This document shows positions 47,232-59,200 of a stretch of DNA of 64,000 nt, in pieces. Below the pieces are notes generated by a model. The model was not told the origin of the DNA. It did no database searches and worked only from the letters and a program-made list of their open reading frames with translations. Location of the stretch: positions 84,632,001 to 84,696,000 of the forward strand of contig NW_024704742.1 of NCBI RefSeq assembly GCF_018977255.1, written 5' to 3'. Each line of letters opens with the position of its first letter. Positions within the stretch are counted from its first letter, which is position 1. The position numbers were made by a program, and so were the translations under genes. Origin of the DNA: Callorhinchus milii (lineage: Eukaryota).

Positions 47232-50200
47232 CTGCGAGTGATTTAAAAGAACAAAGTTATCAAAACAAAATGAGGTTGCCTTTCATTAAAGCCTCTTGAA
47301 AATCATTTTATTTCCATTCAACTTCTTCTCCTCCAACAACAGCTCGACTTATTTAGCCCCTTTCATGTAGGAAAAGGTCTTGAAACGTTTACAGGGATAA
47401 CGTAGTCACTGAACAAGGCTCACTGGATAGTGAGCATGCACACGGAGCATGCATAGGGAATGGAGTCCATATGCTATTTGCACTATAAGAAAATCTGTGC
47501 AATAACAAAGCAAGTTATAACATGGTTCCACTGTATACCCCAAAAGACAATCAAAAACCACAATGATGCAATACTTAATATCCAATCTTCAATTTCATTA
47601 TGGAATTAAAATGCAGAATGACAATTGTAGTCAATGTGTGTGATTTGATGTTCAACACCTCACCAATCAAACAGTCACTGGAGGCAGGGAATCATCCCAC
47701 TCCACTCCTGTTAATACTGCAAGCCAAAACCCTAACAGATAAGGTGGTCCTAGCTGGATAAGTAGCCAGAAAGCTTGCTAGACAGTGATATCAATGGCAA
47801 GCCCAAAAAACACCTCACCAATTTCTCCCTCCCAAAATACGCCTATCCAATGAAAAGCAACAAACCTGGGAGTGTCGGAAATGTGTGCGAAGCATCTGTC
47901 CAATGTTTTGGGTATGAGACAGGTCCAGAGCTGCATCAACCTCATCCAGGATGTATATTGGAGCAGGTTTGAAGAGCAGCATGGCCAGGATCAGAGACAG
48001 AGCCACCAATGACCTAAATAATACACATCTAGAATGTTAGTTACTTACTGGAGCATAACCTTGAACTAAAATAATCATTTAAATAATTTATCCATCATAC
48101 AGGATAAATGCAAGGTTCCTATAAAGCAAAAGTGAGCAGTTTGCAGCCACTCACAAGCAGTGTACATGTGTGAATCTTCAAACATATTCTTAAATGCAGC
48201 CAAGATTGATCAAGGTGAATACACCAGCCTTGAAAATGTTCCTGTACAGTGTTCCAACTGAAAGCTTAGTCTCTGGTAAATCAAATTTGCGATTTATTTT
48301 ATTGCAATTTCTATTTGCAAATATCAAATTGAAAGACTCACAAAATGCAAATCTAAAACTAGCAAAATTTTAAAAAAAGGAAGCAAAAACTTCACATTAA
48401 GCAGATATTTATTACCAAGACATTTTAAAATGAAAGGAAAAGACGCACCTTTGACCTCCACTGAGTTCAGTGAGGTTCTCCTTCCAATCAATGCCAAGGG
48501 CCACTTTAAACTCAAGTCCATCCAGGAGAGTCTTGCCTTCAGGGGGAGCCAACGTGGCATTTGCTCCAGGAAGCAGTGTACAAAAAATTGAGCCAAAATC
48601 TTTGTTCACCTACATAGAGGGAGTAGTAGAGGGATAAAGATGTGTTCACTTCAAAAGTATAAGAAGTTTCATGGGAAATTGGCAAAAAGAACCAGAGAGG
48701 AGATATTTTTTAAAGCAGCGAGTTGAAATGCACTGCCTGAAATGGCAGTGAAAGCAGATTCAATAATAACTTTCAAATGGGAAAATAGTATATCTACTTG
48801 GAAAGAAAATAATTACAGGCTATGGAAAAAGAGCTGAGGACTGGGACTACTTGGTTAGCTCTTTCAAAGATCCAGCAGAGACACAGTGGGACGAATGGCC
48901 TCCTTTTAAGCTGTTGGACTCTGATTCTATGATTCATGAAGCAATCAACATACAACAATCAACATTGGTTTCTCCTTCCTTCCCATTATCTATTTATTTT
49001 ATATTTTGTTAAAAATCTCCATTTACTTTCTAGAACTGTCATTCGCCCGCATTCTCACCCGCAACAAACTACATTCCCCGATTACCCCAGTCCTTGCCTA
49101 TCCCATTTCAAGATCCTCACCCTTGTAATCAAATCCCTACACTCCTCTGCACCCCCCTACCTCTCTGACCTTCTCTCGCCTCAAAACAGTACCCGTTGCC
49201 TTCAATCCTCCGGGTCTGGCCTCCTCCTCGTCCCCGAGTCCTCCGCTCCACCCTCAGCGGCCGTGTCTTCAGCCACTATGCCCCAAGGCTCTGGAAATTT
49301 CCTTCCTCACTCCCTTCGCCTCACCCCTCTTCCTACTTTCATGTCCCTTCTGAAGACCTTTCTTTTCGACCATGCCTTTGGTCACCTTCCTCCCCCTCCC
49401 CCTGGCTCGGCCCTGGGATTCGTTACTGTGAAGCGCTCTGAGACGCCTTCCGGCTTGGAGGGCGCTATAAAAATCCAAGTTGTTGTTGTTGTATCAATTT
49501 AATGTCCTCACGGTGTGAAAGGCGCTATACAAATGTAATTTTGTTGTTGTTTTTTAAGAACTCAGAAAGGAAGTCTGAGTCGGAAGGTTGTAGTTCAAAG
49601 TGTTGTTAATGTTTACCTGTTTCCATGCAACATTTAAGGCATCATTCTTCTTTTGATCCAATTCTTCAATAGTTGAGAGAATTTTTGCTTTGTCGGTTTC
49701 AACAATTCTTTTCTTCTTCATCAGATCATTGTACTGTGAAAAACCAAGAATGGAGCTCACTCAGTTTGTTTCATGCTTCACACAACTAAGAAATGAGGCG
49801 CTTCCATTAATACAACTGCATTCTCAGCAGTGAATTGCTCTGAGACTCCAGCTTAGTGCAGTTTACAGTCAAATCACTATTGCCGTGCATTAACCTCTAA
49901 TGCACATAGTTTAGTAATATTCAAATGATTGACGACTGCGGTCATCACTTAAAGGGAGCGTTAAGGGTGAATTGGACAAATAAGGTCCTTGTTACAGCTA
50001 TTGACCTAAAGCACTTTAACAGCTGTAATTTTGCTTTTTTGTTTTATTAAAAAACAGTATAAATCATTGTGTTCTCAGGGGAGCCAGTTAATGGAGCAGA
50101 CGTGCTGGAATATCATAGAACAAGGGAACTTCGCACAGCACCCACCCCACAGTGTGGAGAACACCTGTGTCTGTGTCACCTGAGGCACGCTCTACCAGGT

Positions 50201-53200
50201 GTACTCCACAATTGTGGGGTGTCCAATCAATGCTCTACCAGGCTCTCCTCCTTCCCCACGAGAGCATTACCTTGTAACAAATGCTCTATGAGGAAAGGCA
50301 AACAAACACAGAACTGTAGCTAAATATTGTGGAATATATTTGCTGTTTAGGAATCTCTCAACATCTGTACTCTATTCACATGGGTAAAGGTGACTCCTGG
50401 GAAAATCTTCAATTACAATTTCAAAAGGAAGCAAAGGGCCCCTTTACACTGACAATAGAAATCTAGGTAAACAAGTCCACGAAAGTGTCAAGACAACCAC
50501 TATCCCAAACCAATGTTACAAAAGGTTTCAATAATATTGGATTTTAATATAGCGCTGAAATATCCCAAAATGCTTCACCAATACTGGTTGTCAAGTGCAG
50601 TGACTATATTTGTACATAAACTAGGTAGCTATTGTTAAATAAATGATTGATTCATTTGAGGATTGTTGGCCAAGAGATCAGATAAAGTCCTTACTTTTTT
50701 TAATTGAGTTATTAAAGTTCACACCGAATTGACGGAAGGGGAGAGGCGAAGGGACTCCGGGATGGAGATCCAGAGAGTGGAAGCTGATGGGCTGAAAGCC
50801 CAACTTCCGACAGTGGGATAGGTAGGGAGGGATTGTGGAATGTGAACCAATCTGCATGTCCCAATTTTCACCCCTATATTTCTGTACACCTGAGAAAGTC
50901 AATCCAGTTTCTCCCAAAATGAATTCATGAACAATTTATACCCGTTCTTCAGCCTGGCTCAGCATGTTCATTGCCCTCATGTTCACATTCTTGCCCAATT
51001 TATCCTTCTTCTCCTGGAGCTGCTGCAGCCGCTGGCCTGCCTCTTTAGGGTGCTTAGTTTTAAAATCATAGACTGTGTTGGGTTGGCCAAAGAGGTGTTT
51101 TTCAGAAGCAATCCAGTTGTGCTCTTTCAGCATTCTGGACACCTATACAAGAGGATTAAAAAAGTCAGCAATTCTAATAAAAACAGCCGGGATCATATTA
51201 CACATCAACCAGCATTCAATAGAATCCCTGAAAAATTACATGTTCAGCGCAGACACAAAAAAAGGCTGTCTGAACACATGAACTCTGAAAAGATTTTAAC
51301 ATGCATTTTCTCCTAAATCTTTATGCCCATGTGTTTGAATAACTGAACTCTTCCATATGTTTCGAAGGTAAAAGACCACACGGGAAAAGAAAACCTCTTC
51401 ACACAGAACGTTCAGACATTTTTTCACCAAAGTAAGAAATGCTCAGCTCAGAAATGCTGCAGTTCAATTCAATCAGAAGAGTCTGAGAACAACTTGCATA
51501 TATAGAGCACTCTTCACTCGGGCCAGGGTCTCGGAGCGCTTAACAGTGGCGGGAGGAGGTGACCGTAAGGAAGATCGAAAAAGAAAGTCTTCAGTCATGA
51601 TCCAAAAGAGGGAAGGAGGGGGAATGGAAGAGGGATTGAGGGAGGGAGTTCCAGTTATAGCTGTAGCTCACCAGAAACACATCTTCACTTCCATTGGTAA
51701 TGGTGAATCTTCCAAGCTGCCTCTACACAGCTTATCTGGTCTCCATCTCTGAGAAATGTGGAGTGATGTGTGGCAGGGATCCAAAGAGAAGCAACTTATA
51801 GGAGGGGTGGAGGCGGGAAGGGTCCGGGAAAGAGGGTAACCCCTCCAAAAACAATAATTAAATTGATCATTTTCAATCTACGACTGTTTGTGGGACATTG
51901 CTGTGCGCAATTGGCTGCCGCATTCGCCAACAAACATACAGTTAATTCACTTTACAGTGTGTTCTGTGAAGCGCTTTGGGACGTCCTCCCGACGTGAAAA
52001 GCACTATATCAAATGCAAGGATTATTATTATTATTATTAACAAAAGGCACGGTCGAAGAGGAGGTTTTTGCTGTGGGCAGCATGGAAACCCGATTGGAGG
52101 GGTTGATAGAGGGAATGGTGGAAGAGGAAAGAGCGAAGTTGGGATGTGACGACTCATTCCAGGGCCTTGGAGAGGAAAGGGAGGTTGGAAATGGGGTGAT
52201 AGATGGAGAGTAGGGATGAGTCCAGGGAAGGTTTTTTGAGGATGGGATTCAGCCTGAGGTACATATGGCAATCTGCACGGTCCACTATATACAAATCACT
52301 CTGCAAATCTTACAAATGAGATTTCAAACTGTATTTTTCCTGGTTAACTTGCCGAATCTCTGAATCATTTATGTGGTCTAATTTGAGACTGAAGCTTTGG
52401 GTTTGTGCACCTACTTTAGCTGCAGCATCAGCGCTGTCCCGTTTATGCTTGTCAATGTTGTGTTCCCGCTCCTGAATCTTCAGCTGAGCTTCGTTCTTCA
52501 GTTTCACCAGCTGTGATATGGTGGTGGTTTTGACCTGTATTTCACTATTTTGAGCCTTTATGGCTTCCTTCTGTTTCGCCAGATCATCCTGAGCTTTCTT
52601 CACAATCTCCTGCAAATACCAGGAACAGCATTGTTGTACTGAACAAAATGTCACCTCCAAGCAATACATTTATATTCTTCTGTGTCAATACCTTATTCTT
52701 CCCCATTTCTTCAGTCATGTTCTCAATCTGTTCCTTGTAGGACTTGATGACTTCATCGATGGCCTCAATTTGCTGTTTGGACCCCATCTGTTCACGCTTC
52801 AACTCTTCCTTTTCCAGGAGCACAGCATCCACTGCCTACAAGTTACACCAAAAACATCTCTATAAGCTACCAATCTCATCGAAGGCAAACCGACAGGCTT
52901 TAATAATCATAATCTTTCCAATGATATAGCACCTTATCACGTCTTTAAGATGTCTAAAAACGCTTCACAGAATATACTGTAAAGTGAATTGACTATATAT
53001 TTTTTTAAAGGGATTCATAAAGCAATCCTCCAATCGACTAACCACCTGGTCCCTACTTACTGCTAGGTAAACCGAGGCGTGCAGAGTAAGGAAACTTTCC
53101 GCCCGAGAATTCTCTCGGTCCTCTCGCTTGCGAGGCAAGTGCTCTAACCAATACCCTGCAAGATTCCACTTTGCTGCCTTTCCCAATTTTAAACGTTAAC

Positions 53201-56200
53201 TAAAGTTTGTCTAAGAACATTAAGCAGAGAGTTTTATATGTGGTTTAGTAGCAAAGCAGCAATAATCTTTGTTCCATGAAAATTTGACATATATGTATGA
53301 TTTGGGATTTCAAAGTTGTATACCAGTCAAATTAAAATTCTCCATCTGATCACACAGCAGCGGGCTCCTGCCATCAATCAACCATATAACAGCTGAATAA
53401 AGATGCACTGGGATTTCTTTTTAAATGTAAATAACATGTCACCACAATTAAACTCTAAACAGAAGCCAAGTTAGTCAGTCATCATGCCTTGGCGAATCAG
53501 TTAGAAACCTGAGACATGCACTTCCTGCAGGTGTCATTTAATGCACTGCAAAAGGGCTTGAATTTAATCAAGTTACAGACTCTGCAAATGAAATGATCGA
53601 ATCTCCACCTGGACGGAGCCAAAAACAAACTAAAAGGCATATCCGGTCTTTTTTTTGCAACACATTCCGTCATTACCAAGGTAACGTGCTCTTTTCAGAT
53701 CTTAAGAATATACATCCCACAGACTCATCCCCAGTACAAGTTCCCACGGCTGAACAATCGCACAAGAAAGGCAGCAACAATGGCCACTTGGGAGGTGGGG
53801 CAACCGGGGGCTGTGGAATTGCACTCCAGAAGAGCAGACCAGACCAGGAGTAGAGGGGAAACGATGGAAAATTAGTGGACACAATACATTTTTAGAGAGT
53901 AGTGAAGCACCCCAAGGTTAGGAATAACTATTGACTACTTTAATCACATTTTTGCTTGATGTGCTAATTATTACCAATATCACATTCCTTCCCTATTATC
54001 GTGGAGTCCTGAAGCTCAGTGGTTAAAGCACCCGCCTCGCAAGCGAGAGACCTGGGTTTGATTCCCAGCAGAGCGAAATGTTGGTCGAGTTTCCTTACTT
54101 CACAAGCCTCTGTTTACCTAGCTTTAAATAGGAACCCGGTTGTTAATCAATTGGCAGATCGCTTTTCTGGGGGTAATAATTCCATCAAAAAAAAAAAATT
54201 GGTCACCAGTCCAAAACTGTTTGTGGGACACTGCTGCGTGCAATTGGCTACCGCATTTCGCCCACAAAATATACAGTCAATTCACTTTACAATATATTCT
54301 GCGAAGCGCTTTGAGACTTCTCGAAGACGTGATAAGGCGCTATGTCAAATGCAATGATTATTATCAAAACACAAAATACTGCAGATGCTGGAATCTGAAA
54401 CAAAAACAGAGAGAGCTGGGAAAACACAGCAGATCAGGCAGCATCTATGGAGAAAGGAAAGTGAGTCAATGTTTTAGGTCCACGACCCTTCGTCAGAAGG
54501 CAATGATTATTAAGAGTTAAATTTTGACACTGGCCGGATGGGATGGGATTTTTTCCAGGTCTGTACAGGGTGTCCACAAAGTCCTGCTATAAAACAGTGA
54601 CACGAGATCACGGAGGAGTTGAAACAAGTTGTCAGAGATGTATTTCGTCTTGTCACTCCATCCATGTTATGAAAGATGTCACATCAAACATGGCGATGGA
54701 TCATTTTCTGCCATGAAAATGATGGAGCTCACACACACTGATCCTCTTGACATCTAAATAAAGGTTAAACACTTGTACTGATTACAATTAAGTATTTCTA
54801 AATACAATTATCATCATTCTTCCACGTTTCAGTTGTTGATCAGTGCACTGTGTAAAAAAACACATGGGGGTACCAGGACTTTTGGAAACACCCTGAATAT
54901 TCCTACAATCTTATGTACTTTTGAACATTACAACTGTAATCAACTGTGTTCCCTGACTGCTGGGTCACATTACAATGTCTCACACCTGTTGCTTCTCTTT
55001 GGTCTTCTTACTGGAGGAATCTGCCTTTTTTTTAGCATCATCAAGCCTCTTTTGCGCTTCCTTTAGCTCCTTTTCCCTCTCTGCGTCAGCGTTTTTCATT
55101 TTGTTCTCCAGAACTTTGTACTTTTCTTCAGCTTTCTTTTGTACCTCCTTAGTTTTCTTCAGCGTCTCTTCACATTCATCTAGTTTAAGACAGAACATAA
55201 CGTCAGTGTAACTTTTAAGTTCACACCACTTTTACTGCAATATATTACTTGATGCAAGGTTGTGAATCCTCAGCACTGCTTTCTGACAGAAATACTCAGC
55301 TCACCCAAGCTTACTAATCAAAACCTTTTTTTGGGGGGTGAAAAGTGGGGAGGGAGAAAAAACGAGCATAAAAAAAACTATGTAAAATAAGTTTTCTACA
55401 ATTGTACTACATAACTCCCCATTTTAAAAATGGCAAAAATCAGCAGAAACATAGAAAAGAAAAATAGAAATCTACAGTGCAAGAGGCCATTCAAGCCTGG
55501 GTCAGCTCACAGAGCAAGGATATCGCTTCAATCCCACCATCCCATCGAATTCAAGATCCTCATCCTCACCTACAAGGCCATTCACGGCCTTGCTCCCTCC
55601 TACCTCTCCGACTTACTATCCCTCTACTTACCTGCCCGTACCCTCCATTCCTCTGGCTCCGGTCTGCTCCACATCCCCCGCCCCAACTGCCCTACCATCG
55701 GTGGCCGGGCCTTCAGCCTCTCAGCCCCGAGGCTCTGGAATTCCATCCCCTAGTGCCTTCGTCGCCTCCTCCCTTTCCTCCTTCAAGGCCGGTCTCAAGA
55801 CCTTTCTCTTCGACTGTGCCTTCAGCTCCCCTCTCGACTCTCTACCCCCTCCTCGCTCCCTCCCTTCCCTCCCCTCACCCTGACCATTTCCCCTCTGCTC
55901 GGGTCCTGACCCAACTGTCCAGCACCTTGGGACGTCCTCCCGACGTGAAAGGCGCTCTATAAATGAAATCTTGTTGTTGTTGTTATCCCTATACCCCTTC
56001 AAGCCCCTTTCTTTCAAATGCCAATCAACTTCCCATTTGAAAGCTACAATAGAATCTGCCTCCACCACCCACCTCAGCAGACATTTCACATCCCAACCAT
56101 TCTCTGGGTGAAAAAATTCCTCCTAAGTCCCCTTTCATTCCTTATAGTGGCCACCTTATACTATACCTATGTCCCCTAGTTATTGTCTCCCCCAGCAGTG

Positions 56201-59200
56201 GGAATAACTTATCTTTATCCTAACAAAGCCCCTCATGATTTGGTACACCTGTATTTGTTGGGATTTCCATTTTTTTCAAATTAAGGAAAATGGATTCCCA
56301 CCATTAATTTTTTAAACAGTTCTTAAAATTGGTCACTAGACATAACTTTCTATTTGGTGCGTGAGCAGCACCTCAAATGCGATTTCCTGCACTTTGTTTA
56401 AACAAACAAAATAAAATATCAAAAGCTGATATTTCACTAATCAGCAATGTAATGTCACAGCCCCCGAGCAGGAAGTCTAACGCAATGAGGTGGGCTTCTG
56501 GGTGCAACTATTAAAAAAGAACATCAAGGGACCATTCGATGCTTTAAATATATCGTTAAATTGAACTCATGTGTTACTTAGCATTATCCGTATTAAATAA
56601 AACAACATTGCTATTTTCACTCCTAAATGAATAAAGTTGGCTTATTTGGGACCGATTTCACTATTTGTCCTGTTCACCCTTTGAATTCATTACCGATAGT
56701 TTTCTGCAGGGTTTCAAGCTCCTGCTGCTGCCTATGGTAGGAACTCTGCTGAAGTTTCACCAGTAGTATTTCCTGCTCTTGCGATTTCAACTCCCACTGC
56801 AGTTTCAGCTCACGGTACCTGAAAAGAATGCAACTTAGTTAATTACAACTAGTTTTACATGAAGAGCAAAATGGATTAGGAACATGTTACAGTACTGACG
56901 GCAACATACTGAACAGAACAGAATTGGCTGCCGTCTTTCACTCACAATAAACAATCAATCCATTTTACAGTATATTCTGTGAAGCACTTTGAGACGTCTC
57001 AAAGACGTGATAAGGTACTATATCATATGCAAGGATTATTATTATTAACAGAAATTTACAGTGCTGAAGGAAGCCATACAGCCTTCCATTTCTGCGTTGG
57101 TCCCAGCTTCTCCACCGGAGTCTTCCATAGAGGATCACTGAGGTTTAACTTAATGGCAAACATTTGGACAATATGAAAATTAATAAATCCCCCCAAATTA
57201 AAATTGATCACCCCACAGTTGTCTGTGGGACACTGCAAACTGGCTGCCAAATTTTGCCCACAAAAAAGTCCGTACACAGTATATCCTGTGAAACACTTTA
57301 AGATGTCGGCAAATGTGATAAGGCGCTATATCAAACGCAAGGATTATTATTAATATAATTATGTGGGTTTCTTAAAATTATTGGAGGGATTTTTCCTTTT
57401 AGATTTTCATAAGGAAATCTATTGCGGTGCATGTTCACATTTCTCCTTTCATCTGTGTTCTGAACCTCACATATAAACCACTTTTTGAATGCTACAATAA
57501 TTCTTTCATTTGACGTAGTGCCTTTCCTGTCAAGAGGACATACTGTAAAGTGTTGTAACTGTGTATTTTGGAGGTGAATGTTAATTTTAATGTGGCGGGG
57601 AGAGGAGAGGCATCATTTAACTGGAGTCCCTCATTGGAGAATAAACTGCTAGTTGGTACTCTATTAATCTTATATTATCTAAGGTAAATGGCAGACATAA
57701 TGCTAAAACATTTATTTGATAACCCTACACAGACATACTTCTCCACTGTGCTTTTGAGACTCCCCAGCTCCTTATCTACTTGCTGCAACTCAGTCTGTTT
57801 CGATCGAAGTTCATCTTGAACATCTTTCAGCTCCTGAAGCTTGCTCAGAACAGAGGCAGACTGTGCTCGGGCACCTAATTTACAAAATAAACACACAGCC
57901 AAGTTAGCAACAGGTAAAAAAACAAACCGCACACTATATTCAATGGACAAATTCCTATCCTGGCCCAGCTCTGCACATGTATTCTAAAATAAGTGGCAGC
58001 ACGTCAATCCAAATACGATTTCCATTTTCTAGTATACAACAACAAAATTACACTCGTATAGTGCCTTTCACGTCAGGAGGACAATAGCATATGCTTAGCA
58101 ACAATTGGGTCAATTTTGTGGTGTTTCTTAATGCAGGGACTCCTTCAGGTAACCAGAAATTGGTCACCCTGACTCAAGGGAACCCCACACTGAAACAGGA
58201 CAACTTGGAGGGGCATTCCTGCTAATCAGCATCAAGGAGTTAAAGAAATCCTATTAAGAAACACCGCAATATGAACCCCATTAATGTTTTGTATTAGCTG
58301 TTCCTTATACAGTAATACTTAATGGTTCCCATAGGCCAACGAATCTGAACAAACCAACCAAACATTTAAAAAGGTGAAAACAGCTAGAAGTTCTATTCAA
58401 GGCGATATATTTCGGTGTAAAATGACTTCAGTTTTAAGTCTTAAAATTGTGTTAACATTTGCTCTGTTGACCGTACGTAAGTTAACAGCTAAACATAATC
58501 CTACTCCAGCCCAAATCTATTTATTTTGATTGTTGTTCAAGTTAGTTTCTTTTGGTTACCAACCAAGGGTTATTCTCCACTTGCTGTTAAATTGCCACAA
58601 GTAAATGGAGATTTTTGTCTTCAATTTTTTCTTACATGTGTTAGATTGAAGAGTTACTTCCCTTCATATGTTAAGCGTAAAGGACACAAATAGGTTTAAT
58701 GATGTATTCACACCAACAGCACAAACTGACCTCCACTTAACGTTCCCTGTGGGTCAAACGTATCGCCACCAAGTGTGACTGTTTTTGTCATGATCCTCTT
58801 GTCAAAGGTTACTCTCTTGGCATTTTCCAAAGTGTCGCACACCAATGCAGACCCAAAAACATGCTGCATTGCTTTCTGCAGCTCTGAATTGTATCCAACC
58901 AGTGATAGGGCTGTATGCACATTGTCTGCACCCACCTATAACACACAGACTGTGTTACCATATTTGGGACATGAAATGCATTTAAAAAGTCACGATTACT
59001 TTAAATACATTAAAATCACTGTAATTTTTTGAACTCCTACAGCTGATACAAATCAAGCTAAAGGACTTGAATCCGTAAAACTGGACTGAATGCACAGCAC
59101 ACCATAAATCCGAAGCAATGATTTTGTGCTTCAATTCCCTTGTAGCTCTGTAGTTCTTACCAAATCTTTGGCAGCCTTCACTGTTTGATCATTAATGCAC

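Noticed and set aside
50726..50740. 15-nt match to 18S rRNA (gaattgacggaaggg)
   Set aside because: The flanks do not continue the rRNA sequence; a match of this length is plausible by chance.
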